Shown here in pieces: positions 53,324-61,717 of a DNA stretch of 64,000 bases. Source of the DNA: Smithellaceae bacterium (lineage in GTDB: Bacteria; Desulfobacterota; Syntrophia; Syntrophales; Smithellaceae); NCBI GenBank assembly GCA_963682015.1, contig OY820932.1, positions 2,010,618-2,074,617 of the forward strand, in the 5' to 3' direction. The position numbers were made by a program, and so were the translations under genes. The notes below the pieces were generated by a model. The model made no database searches. It was not told the DNA's origin and saw only the letters and a program-made list of their open reading frames with translations. Position 1 is the stretch's first letter. Each line of letters opens with the position of its first letter.

Positions 53324-54175
53324 ATGAACACGGATTGGTTACTGGTGGACACTCCTGAAACCGCAGGTCGAGCCGCCGAACATTTACGTCAGGCATCCAT
53401 ATTAGGCATTGATACGGAATATGATTCCTTCCGGTATTTTCGGGAAAAGCTCTGTTTAATCCAGATTTACGCCCCGTCAACCACGTATGTCATCGACGCA
53501 ACGGCTGATCTCGACTTGTCCTTTTTGAACCGCCCCCTGCGCAGCAGAACTGTCGTGAAGGTTCTCCACGCGGCCGACAATGACATCCGCCTGCTTAAAA
53601 GAGATTACGGCTTTGACTTTCAAAATATCTTTGACACGCACCGCGCGGCGATGCTTCTGGGCTTCAAGCAGCTTTCCCTGGACAAAATGATCAGGGAATT
53701 CTTAGGCGTAGAGCTCAAAAAAAGCAAGAAGATGCAGCGATCCCGCTGGGACCACCGTCCGCTGACCGAAGAGCAGCTCGAATACGCCGTTCAGGATGTC
53801 ACACTGCTGCCGGCGCTTTATGAAAAAGAACGAGCGGCGCTGAAAGAAAAAGGGCTGATTAACGCCGCAGCGGAAGCCTTTGCCAAAATCGCCGCCGCCA
53901 GCTGGCAGGAAAGAACTTTCGACCGCCGCGGTTATTCCAGGATCAAAGGATACTACGCCCTGGCCCGCGATCAGAAAGAGCTTCTGAAAAAGCTTTATAT
54001 CTGGCGCTTTGAAAAAGCCAGGGAAGCAGACTGCGCCGTGTTCATGTTTCTGCCCGACGACGCACTGGCGGAAATGGTGCAAAACAGAGACAATCTTCAG
54101 GAAATATTATCACCGGAAAAATACAAACGCTATGGAAGCGACCTGGAACGTCTTCTCGACGGGGACCCCTCCTGA
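53324..54175 (+). CDS. rnd: Ribonuclease D-like 3'-5' exonuclease (DEDDy domain plus HRDC domain)
   Basis: LGIDTEYDS, LHAADNDI, Y.V.DV. motifs, with an HRDC-like C-terminus. Confidence 0.7.
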   Translation: MNTDWLLVDTPETAGRAAEHLRQASILGIDTEYDSFRYFREKLCLIQIYAPSTTYVIDATADLDLSFLNRPLRSRTVVKVLHAADNDIRLLKRDYGFDFQNIFDTHRAAMLLGFKQLSLDKMIREFLGVELKKSKKMQRSRWDHRPLTEEQLEYAVQDVTLLPALYEKERAALKEKGLINAAAEAFAKIAAASWQERTFDRRGYSRIKGYYALARDQKELLKKLYIWRFEKAREADCAVFMFLPDDALAEMVQNRDNLQEILSPEKYKRYGSDLERLLDGDPS

Positions 54176-54181
54176 CACCGC

Positions 54182-54940
54182 TTACGTCCTTCTTTCACCT
54201 GTCAGAGCCTTGCCGATCTGATTCAAATCCATGGCAACACGCGACCGCGGATGTTTCAGTACCGGGATTTCCTGCCGCAGGATGGACCTGGGAACAAGGT
54301 CATCCTGCCTTATATTGCCCACCCAGACCAGAGGAAAGCCCAGGAATCGCCTGCTGATCGTATCAATGTTCTTAAAAATGGATGAACCTTCCGTCGTGTC
54401 TGCGACATTGTTGGTGATAACGCCAAAATCCTGCCGGCCGAAAACCTGATACATGACTTTGACCATCGCATAGGCATCCGTCAGGCTGGTGAGTTCCCGG
54501 TTAATCACGATGATGTTCCGATCAGCCAGCAGATTGAATTGCAGAACAACTTCCGCAATACCAGCGCCCGTATCGAGCAGAATGACATCATATCCTTCGA
54601 TTTCCATCAGCATACTTTTGACGGTCTGAATCTTTTCAAAAAGCAGCTGTGCCATTTCCCGGATGCCGGAGCTGGCCGGAATCAGGTCAAACCCTCCAAC
54701 CGTCGGCATGATAACGTCCCGTAAATGCTGTTCACCAAAAACTACGTCTTTCATGGTACGCGCCGGATTGATGCCCAGCATGATATCGATATTGGCCAGT
54801 CCCAGATCGCAATCGACCACCAGGACTTTTTTCCCCAGCCGGGCCAGTGTAGCGGCCAAATTAATCGTGATAAACGTCTTGCCTACACCGCCTTTTCCGC
54901 TGGTCAAAGATGCGATCAATGATCTTTGTTTTGTTTTCAT
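54182..54940 (-). CDS. MinD/ParA/FlhG-family P-loop ATPase
   Basis: Deviant Walker A SGKGGVGKT, then VLVVDCDLGLANIDIMLG. Confidence 0.8.
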   Translation of the reverse strand: MKTKQRSLIASLTSGKGGVGKTFITINLAATLARLGKKVLVVDCDLGLANIDIMLGINPARTMKDVVFGEQHLRDVIMPTVGGFDLIPASSGIREMAQLLFEKIQTVKSMLMEIEGYDVILLDTGAGIAEVVLQFNLLADRNIIVINRELTSLTDAYAMVKVMYQVFGRQDFGVITNNVADTTEGSSIFKNIDTISRRFLGFPLVWVGNIRQDDLVPRSILRQEIPVLKHPRSRVAMDLNQIGKALTGERRT

Positions 54941-54942
54941 TT

Positions 54943-55803
54943 TTACTCCCTGTTCGCTCGCCGGGAATGTCCCTTTTTCGTTGAAGGCTGAAAGATATGA
55001 TACAAAACATCTTTTTCCGCCCAGGAAACGGCCATGGATTCCGGAAATTCTATTTCCGGGTGGACGATTTTTGATTTCCCCGTCTTTTTTGCTTTGTACA
55101 ATAACTTATCCACCCGGTCGACAAATTCACCTGGTGCGAGTCTGGCCGAGGGGTTGAATTCATCAACGCCGATGGAAGAAGATACGGGCAGGTGCATTTC
55201 CGCTGCAACCTGCAAAATGTGTGTATGCCAGCGTTCGGCAACTTTCAGACCGTCTCTGAGAGATGTGGCGGGAAGAATCAGGGCAAATTCATCACCACCA
55301 AATCGGCAGGCAAAATCCGTTGGGCGAATCTTTGTCTTGGTTTGCCGACACATTTTAACCAGAAATTGGTCGCCCCGGATATGCCCGAGCGTATCATTGA
55401 CGGTTTTAAAATTATCCAGGTCAATAAAAATCAGGCAGAACGGATCTCCGGTCCTCTGCGAACGGGCGATTTCCACGGTCAATTGCCTGTTGAAAAAACG
55501 TTTATTATAAAGGCCGGTCAATTCATCCGTTACGTTCAGGGATTTTAAATGACGATTTTCCTTTTCCAGTCGGGAGAGATGATCCAGAATATCCTCGTCC
55601 GCTCCCAGAGAAACGGCATAAGGGGCAAGCCTGGCGCGCTCATCGGGAGAAAGATCGTCCGCGGCGACCAGCAGGTAGCGGCCCGGCTTATCTTCATTCG
55701 TAGACACAGTGTCCGCAATTGAACCTTTTATTCCAATACTTTTTTTAACGCCGCGGGGGATGGTTGAACAAGAGCGCGGAGCAGTTTTTTTAACTGTTTT
55801 CAT
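54943..55803 (-). CDS. Diguanylate cyclase (GGDEF domain) with an uncharacterised ~110-aa N-terminal region
   Basis: ATG at 55803. DELTGLYNKRFF...FIDLDNFKTVNDTLGH..GD...RFGGDEFALILP. Confidence 0.8.
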   Translation of the reverse strand: MKTVKKTAPRSCSTIPRGVKKSIGIKGSIADTVSTNEDKPGRYLLVAADDLSPDERARLAPYAVSLGADEDILDHLSRLEKENRHLKSLNVTDELTGLYNKRFFNRQLTVEIARSQRTGDPFCLIFIDLDNFKTVNDTLGHIRGDQFLVKMCRQTKTKIRPTDFACRFGGDEFALILPATSLRDGLKVAERWHTHILQVAAEMHLPVSSSIGVDEFNPSARLAPGEFVDRVDKLLYKAKKTGKSKIVHPEIEFPESMAVSWAEKDVLYHIFQPSTKKGHSRRANRE

Positions 55804-55846
55804 GCTGGTATTCGTCCGCAATTGATAAAACAGGTTGAATGTTAAA

Positions 55847-55904
55847 TGGTGCCTGAGCCGGGATTTGAACCCGGATGGGTGTGGCCCACCCACTACCCTG
55901 TCAA
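55847..55904 (-). pseudogene. 3' half of a class II (long variable arm, Leu-like) tRNA without a 5' half
   Basis: The reverse complement reads ..TTGACAGGGTAG-TGGGTGGGCCACACCCA-TCCGGGTTCAAATCCCGG-CTCAGGCACCA (anticodon-stem 3' side, variable arm, T-arm, acceptor 3' strand, CCA). No matching GCCTGAG 5' strand or D-arm was found upstream. Confidence 0.55.
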
Positions 55905-56061
55905 TGTAAAACCCGGGCCAGTTAAGGATTTACAGGGCTGCGCCGGGCGACTAATAACGTGTGTGATTATAGGTATATCCCCCGAAAAGTCAAGCATGTG
56001 ATTAGAAACAAAACGGAAGGTATTCCCACGGAAGTGTCGGTCAAAATATTCATCCGGCACT

Positions 56062-56106
56062 CTGAAAAGCAAAAGAGGGTTAACCGATGAATCAGCCAAC
56101 CCTCTT
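56062..56106 (-). terminator. Rho-independent terminator after tRNA-Leu
   Basis: On the minus strand: AAGAGGGTT-N16-AACCCTCTT followed by TTGCTTTTC. Confidence 0.7.
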
Positions 56107-56115
56107 TCTGTCTTA

Positions 56116-56201
56116 TGGTGCCGAAGACTGGATTTGAACCAGCACGGGCGTGGCCCACTACCCCCTCAAGATAGCGTGTCTACCAATTCCACCACTTCGG
56201 C
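56116..56201 (-). tRNA. tRNA-Leu (anticodon GAG)
   Basis: Reverse complement GCCGAAGTGGTGGAATTGGTAGACACGCTATCTTGAGGGGGTAGTGGGCCACGCCCGTGCTGGTTCAAATCCAGTCTTCGGCACCA. It has a 7-bp acceptor stem, the Leu-type D-loop, anticodon loop TTGAGGG, a long variable arm and an encoded CCA. Located downstream of secG, as in E. coli secG-leuU. Confidence 0.9.
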
Positions 56202-56290
56202 AGCCCATGGATAACAAAACTTCGACCGCGTTCCGGTTATGATTCTGAAAATCGATTTTTCCGGGTTTGCGGATATCAAAAGAACAAATA

Positions 56291-56656
56291 TTATTTCACC
56301 GCCGGGGCCACTGGCGCCTTTGCGGGGGCCGGCGCCGTTGCCGGCGCGGACGGAGCCGTCTGTTTAGGTGCAACGGGAACCGTCTGTCTGGTTACGGGGG
56401 CTGATGCCCCGTCCATCACACCTGATGTTTTTCTGGATGCCGTATAGGTCAAGGTAATAGACGTCAGCATGAAAATAATGGCTACCGCCGCCGTCAGTTT
56501 TCCAAGGAATGTCCCGGCGCCGCTGGAACCGAAAACGGTCTGGCTGGAACCGCCGAAGGCGGCACCCATGCTCGCACCTTTGCCCGCCTGAAGCAAAACA
56601 ATCAGGATCAGGGTGACACAGGCCAGAATATGAATAATCGTTAACAATGTCGTCAT
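56291..56656 (-). CDS. secG: Preprotein translocase subunit SecG
   Basis: LIVLLQAGKGASMGAAFGGSSQTVFGSSGAGTFL, two TM helices, and an Ala/Pro-rich tail. Confidence 0.85.
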   Translation of the reverse strand: MTTLLTIIHILACVTLILIVLLQAGKGASMGAAFGGSSQTVFGSSGAGTFLGKLTAAVAIIFMLTSITLTYTASRKTSGVMDGASAPVTRQTVPVAPKQTAPSAPATAPAPAKAPVAPAVK

Positions 56657-56954
56657 TTTTCGTCCTTTTTACTATGAATTCAAATACTCTCAATTAAGTG
56701 CCGGAACCATATCACCGGCGGATGTTTTATTCAACGCTTCTTTTGATTTCAGACAGTCAACAAAATATTCAATGATAACGGGATAATTCAGCCTTCAATT
56801 CCCGATCCTGCCGGAAAGCGGCGGCATCATAGCCAAATGACGGGAAATCGTCAACTTTTTTCTTTTAATCGGATTTCATAGTACAAATACATGCTCAAAG
56901 CTTGAAAACCATACACTACGAATCGTGAACGGTAAGACGCTGCTGCTCACAGCC

Positions 56955-57611
56955 TCATCGGCTCACCTTCACACCCACCCGGTCGCAGTATTGCCGGATC
57001 GGGCAGGTGCTGCATAGAGGCGAGACGGGCTTGCAGATTTTCCGGCCGAAGAAGACCAGAAGCGTGTTGTAAATAATCCAGTGTTTCCGGGGAAGCTTGG
57101 CGCGCAATGCCATCTCCGTTTCATCCGGCGTTTTGGTGACGACATACCCAAGGCGGTTGGAAATGCGGTGAACATGCGTGTCCACGCAGATCCCTTCTTT
57201 GCCGTAGGCAAGTGTGATCACCAGGTTGGCTGTCTTACGGCCGACGCCTTTCATGCTCAAAAGATCTTCCAGATTGTCCGGAACTTGTGATCCAAAGCGA
57301 TTGATCAGATCCCGGCAGGTATCATGAATGGTTTTCGCCTTGTTGCGGTAAAACCCCACCGGATAGATGGCTTTGGCGATTTTCGACTGCGGAACCTTCA
57401 ACATTTCCTGTGGTGTGGAGGCAAGTGCCAGAAGCCGGTTGGTGGCTTCAGCAGTAACTTCGTCTTTCGTGCGCAGGCTCAATAGTGTGGACATCAGGAT
57501 CACGAACGGATCGCGCTCGCTTTCGGCCAGATGCGATACGATGGGCATTTCTCCCAGGTCCAGTTCTTTTCTCAGAATTCTGACGATCTGATGGATGTTT
57601 GTGTCATTCAT
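56955..57611 (-). CDS. nth: Endonuclease III
   Basis: ATG at 57611. HhH-GPD motif LLSMKGVGRKTANLV, VDTHVHR, and the FCL cluster CKPVSPLCSTCPIRQYC. Confidence 0.9.
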   Translation of the reverse strand: MNDTNIHQIVRILRKELDLGEMPIVSHLAESERDPFVILMSTLLSLRTKDEVTAEATNRLLALASTPQEMLKVPQSKIAKAIYPVGFYRNKAKTIHDTCRDLINRFGSQVPDNLEDLLSMKGVGRKTANLVITLAYGKEGICVDTHVHRISNRLGYVVTKTPDETEMALRAKLPRKHWIIYNTLLVFFGRKICKPVSPLCSTCPIRQYCDRVGVKVSR

Positions 57612-57732
57612 GGTTTTTTTATTATTACGCAGGTGGACGAAAAGCAAGTTTTTATCCGCAAATCCGCGGGCTCCGATGACCGGAGTATGGAGAATTATTA
57701 GCAAAGGACCGGTTTGACCCATGTGTTTTTTC

Positions 57733-57759
57733 TTGACAGGTCTTTCTTATTCCTATAAT
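57733..57759 (+). promoter_or_regulatory. Putative sigma-70 promoter (TTGACA-15 nt-TATAAT) ahead of the oxidoreductase operon
   Basis: Both hexamers match consensus. The spacer is short (15 nt). Confidence 0.4.
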
Positions 57760-57906
57760 GCCCACAGTGCACCTTTGCGCACGGGAGATGGAGTTTGGAA
57801 CTACAGGGAAATGATTAAGTCGAAAATTCCCGGGCATCAAGCAAATAAAATCCATCCGGCAGGTTGCCCCGCATAAACCGTTATGCGGAGGAAATGTATA
57901 TCATTC

Positions 57907-58191
57907 ATGCAAAAAACAAAGAAATATCCAATCAATCAGTCCGACGAAATCGGCCAGCGAAAAAAGAAAATGGGACAGGTGGTGGTTATCGAAGACCGCT
58001 GCAAAGGATGCAGTTTTTGCATTGCCAATTGTCCCCGGCAGGTTTTGCGTCTTTCCTCCGCTTTTAACAAAAAAGGCTACCATCCCCCCGAAGTGGTGGA
58101 TACCACCCGGTGCGTAAACTGCCATTTCTGCGAAATTCTTTGTCCTGAATTCGCGATTTACAGTATTGAATATGATGACTACGAAGAGTGA
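57907..58191 (+). CDS. 2-oxoacid:ferredoxin oxidoreductase delta subunit (2x[4Fe-4S] ferredoxin-like)
   Basis: CKGCSFCIANCP and CVNCHFCEILCP. Start uncertain (57907 or 57970). Confidence 0.75.
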   Translation: MQKTKKYPINQSDEIGQRKKKMGQVVVIEDRCKGCSFCIANCPRQVLRLSSAFNKKGYHPPEVVDTTRCVNCHFCEILCPEFAIYSIEYDDYEE

Positions 58192-58210
58192 GCCGTAAAG
58201 GAGACAGGCG

Positions 58211-59371
58211 TTGACTGCTAAAGAAGTTAGAACAGGAACACATTTCATGAACGGCGACGAGGCCTGCTGTGAAGGCGCACTGGCCGCCGGCTGCCGTTTT
58301 TTTGCCGGTTACCCGATTACTCCGGCAACGGAAGTTGCCGAATCCATGTCGCGCCGCCTGCCGGAAATCGGCGGAATTTATATCCAGATGGAGGATGAAA
58401 TCGCCTCCATGGCCGCCATTCTGGGCGCAAGCTGGGGCGGAGTGAAATCCATGACCAGCACGTCGGGACCCGGGTTTTCACTCATGATGGAAAATATCGG
58501 TCTGGGTATCTGCACGGAAACGCCCTGCGTGGTCTGCAACGTCCAGAGGGCGGGGCCCAGTACGGGGCTGCCTACCCTGGTGGCTCAGGGCGACATGATG
58601 CAGGCGCGCTGGGGATCGCACGGGCACTACGAAATCATTGCCTTGTCGCCGTCGAGCCCGCAGGAAATGTTCGACATGACCATCCGGGCCTTCAATCTGT
58701 CCGAGTACTATCGCCTGCCGGTGATCATTCTGGCCGACGAAACGGTCGGACACATGAACGAACGCGTCGTCATCCCGCAGGAAGAAGAAATTGAAGTAAT
58801 CAACCGGCGCAAGCCCACCGTTCCGCGCGAGGATTATCTTCCCTACGAAGCGGACGCCGACGGGATCGCGCCCATGGCCAACTGCGGCGACGGCTATCGC
58901 ATTCATGTGACCGGCCTGACCCATGATGACCGGGGCTATCCGGCGATGGACGCCAAAGCTCAGGAAAGAATGGTTGCGCGCCTGGTGGATAAAATTCGCA
59001 ACAACCGGGATCAGATCATCCGCACGAAAAATCTGTACCTGGATGACGCCGAGGTCATCGTCGTATCCTACGGAATCAGCGCCCGCTCGGCCATGCAGGC
59101 CGTCCGCGACGCCCGCAGCCAGGGCATCAAGGCGGGATTGATCAAACTGGAAACCATCTGGCCTTTCCCGGAAGAACTGATCCGGACCGTCGCCATTAAC
59201 GCCAAAGCATTAATCATGGTGGAAATCAACGGCGGCCAGATGGTGCTGGAAATGGAACGCGCGGCTCGTGGTGCCTGCCCGGTATCGCTGGTGTCCAATT
59301 ACGGCGGATCGATCATCCACCCCGGCCTCATTTTGAACGCCGTTTCCATGGCGGCAAAAGGAAAATCATAA
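58211..59371 (+). CDS. 2-oxoacid:ferredoxin oxidoreductase alpha subunit (Kor/Vor/Por type)
   Basis: FMNGDEACCEGALAAGCRFFAGYPITPATE...MTSTSGPGFSLM. TTG start 7 nt after AAGGAGA. Confidence 0.85.
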   Translation: MTAKEVRTGTHFMNGDEACCEGALAAGCRFFAGYPITPATEVAESMSRRLPEIGGIYIQMEDEIASMAAILGASWGGVKSMTSTSGPGFSLMMENIGLGICTETPCVVCNVQRAGPSTGLPTLVAQGDMMQARWGSHGHYEIIALSPSSPQEMFDMTIRAFNLSEYYRLPVIILADETVGHMNERVVIPQEEEIEVINRRKPTVPREDYLPYEADADGIAPMANCGDGYRIHVTGLTHDDRGYPAMDAKAQERMVARLVDKIRNNRDQIIRTKNLYLDDAEVIVVSYGISARSAMQAVRDARSQGIKAGLIKLETIWPFPEELIRTVAINAKALIMVEINGGQMVLEMERAARGACPVSLVSNYGGSIIHPGLILNAVSMAAKGKS

Positions 59372-59431
59372 AACCCACAAACACGGAACAGGGGGTTGCA
59401 ACCCTTTGTTTCGTGGAACAAGAGAGAACAT

Positions 59432-60316
59432 ATGACAACAGGTAAAGCTTTAAAAAATATTCCGCCTCACCCGATGGATTCCCTGCTGCGCACGGAGAGA
59501 ATTCCGCATATCTGGTGCCCCGGGTGCGGTATCGGCACTGTCTTCAGCGCCGTGCTCGCCGCAATTAAAAATACAGGCTGGGATCCCAATTCCATCGCCA
59601 TGGTTTCCGGCATCGGCTGCACCGGGCGCATGGCCGGTTACATCCGTCTGGATTCCTTTCACACCACGCATGGCCGCGCTCTTCCCTTTGCCACCGGACT
59701 CAAGCTGGCCAAACCGGAAACCAAAGTGATAGTTGTTTCCGGCGACGGGGATCTGTTCGCCATCGGCGGCAATCATTTCATCCATGCCGCCCGCCGCAAT
59801 ATGGACCTGACGGTTATTTGCGTGAATAACTTCAACTACGGCATGACGGGCGGACAGCAGGCTCCCAGTACACCGCTCGGCGCCAAGACCACCACATCCG
59901 TGAGCGGCTCGCCGGAAGAGCCTTTCAATTTTTGTGATCTGGCCGCCACCTGCGGTGCAACTTACGTGGCCAGATGGACCGCCATGCAGGTTCGTTCGCT
60001 CAGGAGTTCGATCAGCGAAGCGCTGGAAAAGCGAGGCTTCAGTTTTGTGGAAGTCATCACGCCCTGCCCGTCCTCATTCGGACGCCGCAACCGCATGGGC
60101 ACCGCGCTGGAGATGCTGAAATTCTACCAGGGCCGTTCGGTAATCCGCGGAGATATTGACCCGCGGGAAGCGTCCGTGGATATTGACCGGGAAATTGTGG
60201 TGGGCAAATTTGTCGATATCGAACGCCCCCTGTTTACGGATCATTACGCCAAAATGAACCGCCTCAACGCGCCTCAGTGGCGTGCAATGCATCCAGATCA
60301 TCAGAAAGGGCGGTGA
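59432..60316 (+). CDS. 2-oxoacid:ferredoxin oxidoreductase beta subunit (TPP-binding)
   Basis: WCPGCGIG...SGIGC...GDGD...GGNH..HA.R.N......NN..YGMTGGQ. Confidence 0.85.
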   Translation: MTTGKALKNIPPHPMDSLLRTERIPHIWCPGCGIGTVFSAVLAAIKNTGWDPNSIAMVSGIGCTGRMAGYIRLDSFHTTHGRALPFATGLKLAKPETKVIVVSGDGDLFAIGGNHFIHAARRNMDLTVICVNNFNYGMTGGQQAPSTPLGAKTTTSVSGSPEEPFNFCDLAATCGATYVARWTAMQVRSLRSSISEALEKRGFSFVEVITPCPSSFGRRNRMGTALEMLKFYQGRSVIRGDIDPREASVDIDREIVVGKFVDIERPLFTDHYAKMNRLNAPQWRAMHPDHQKGR

Positions 60317-60321
60317 AGACC

Positions 60322-60912
60322 ATGCCGGATAAACGGGAGAGACACATTCTGATTACGGGTTTCGGCGGCCAGGGAATCGTCCTGACCGGCGATATTCTGG
60401 GAAAAGCGGCCACGCTGTATGACCACAAGCACGCGACCATGACGCAGAACTACGGGCCGGAAGCACGCGGCGGCGCCTGTTCCAGCCAGGTCATCATCAG
60501 CGGAGAGGAAATTCTGTTTCCCTGTGTGGAGTCGCCGGAGATTCTGGTCTGCATGAGTCAGGAAGCCTATGCCAGGAACATCAAATCCCTCCGCCCCGAA
60601 GGGACGCTCATCTGGGACACGGATCTGGTGCATACCCGCAAGGCTGACATGATTTTCAAGACCTTTCACATTCCCGCCACCCGTTTTGCCGAACAACTGG
60701 GAACCAAGATGATGGCCAACATTGTCATGCTGGGTTTCATTTCCGCGGTTGAGCCTCTGGTTCACGCCGACGCGCTTAAAAAAGCCGTGCTCGATTCCGT
60801 ACCCCCGGCCACCAAAGACAACAACCTTCATGCTTTCACCACCGGCAGGGAATACGGAACGTCCATCATCAAAGGTCTGACAAAGCAGGAACAGGCAAAA
60901 CATCAGGATTAA
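60322..60912 (+). CDS. 2-oxoacid:ferredoxin oxidoreductase gamma subunit
   Basis: ILITGFGGQGIVLTG..L..A........T..YGPEARGG. Confidence 0.85.
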   Translation: MPDKRERHILITGFGGQGIVLTGDILGKAATLYDHKHATMTQNYGPEARGGACSSQVIISGEEILFPCVESPEILVCMSQEAYARNIKSLRPEGTLIWDTDLVHTRKADMIFKTFHIPATRFAEQLGTKMMANIVMLGFISAVEPLVHADALKKAVLDSVPPATKDNNLHAFTTGREYGTSIIKGLTKQEQAKHQD

Positions 60913-61154
60913 AAAATCGGCGGGCCATCTGCCGGCGGCAAGTTGAGGCCGGCTTTTGGGTGATGGAAACCGTTCGTTTCCAACCGACAGCAGGACGACC
61001 GGTAGCTTGCGGACAGCGGATCGGATACAATCGCTCTTGACGAATCATCTCTTTTTCAGTTAAGTAAAATCACTATTATTTCCCGGATGCGTAAACCGAT
61101 CATAATACTTGGACTTCCTTTCACAAATTTTTATTTAAGAGGAGGAAATGAAAA

Positions 61155-61595
61155 ATGATCCGAGCCATGGCTGATGTTCAAAAAAACAGTAAAGTTGTTT
61201 TTATCGTAATCATGATGATTGCCATCATCATCGTTGGCTGCTCATCAAACAACACCAGCACCAAAAAAAGCGGCGATTACACTGTCACCATGAAAACCGG
61301 TTATGACGTCCCCGCGGTTTGGAAAGCCGGAATAGAGAGTTTACCAGAGATCAGGTTCTCGGCCACTTCCACCAACTCCACAACCGGTCTCATCTCCGCC
61401 GAACAAATTACCGGCAAGGGAAAAGGTCCGGCGGCGCGTCTGAATATCCGAGTTTCCAGAACTTCAGGAAGCACGATGGTCGTGATCAGCTACACAGCGC
61501 CTGACGGCACAGCGGGAGACCACGCAGCCGCGGATCAATTTATAACGGCACTCAAGAAAAGAATTACCGACCTTGAGCCGGCCGTAAAGAACTGA
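61155..61595 (+). CDS. Hypothetical lipoprotein
   Basis: Lipobox IIVGC after a hydrophobic stretch. AGGAGG lies 9 nt upstream. Confidence 0.55.
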   Translation: MIRAMADVQKNSKVVFIVIMMIAIIIVGCSSNNTSTKKSGDYTVTMKTGYDVPAVWKAGIESLPEIRFSATSTNSTTGLISAEQITGKGKGPAARLNIRVSRTSGSTMVVISYTAPDGTAGDHAAADQFITALKKRITDLEPAVKN

Positions 61596-61717
61596 AAAAT
61601 ATCAGTCGGCAGGTAAATTGTCCGGAACATACACAAAAGGAAATGTTTTGCTCTGGCCATGTATGATCACCCTGTCGGAGTGGTTTTCTATTTCGTTACC
61701 TTTTGAAGGATGATTTT

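Noticed and set aside
55847-55960. A complete second tRNA (Leu/Ser/Sec) or tmRNA next to tRNA-Leu(GAG).
   Set aside because: Only the 3' half folds. No 5' acceptor strand complementary to CTCAGGC, no D-arm and no sensible anticodon stem could be found within 120 nt. The apparent loop TTGACAG would give a Val anticodon, which is incompatible with a long variable arm.
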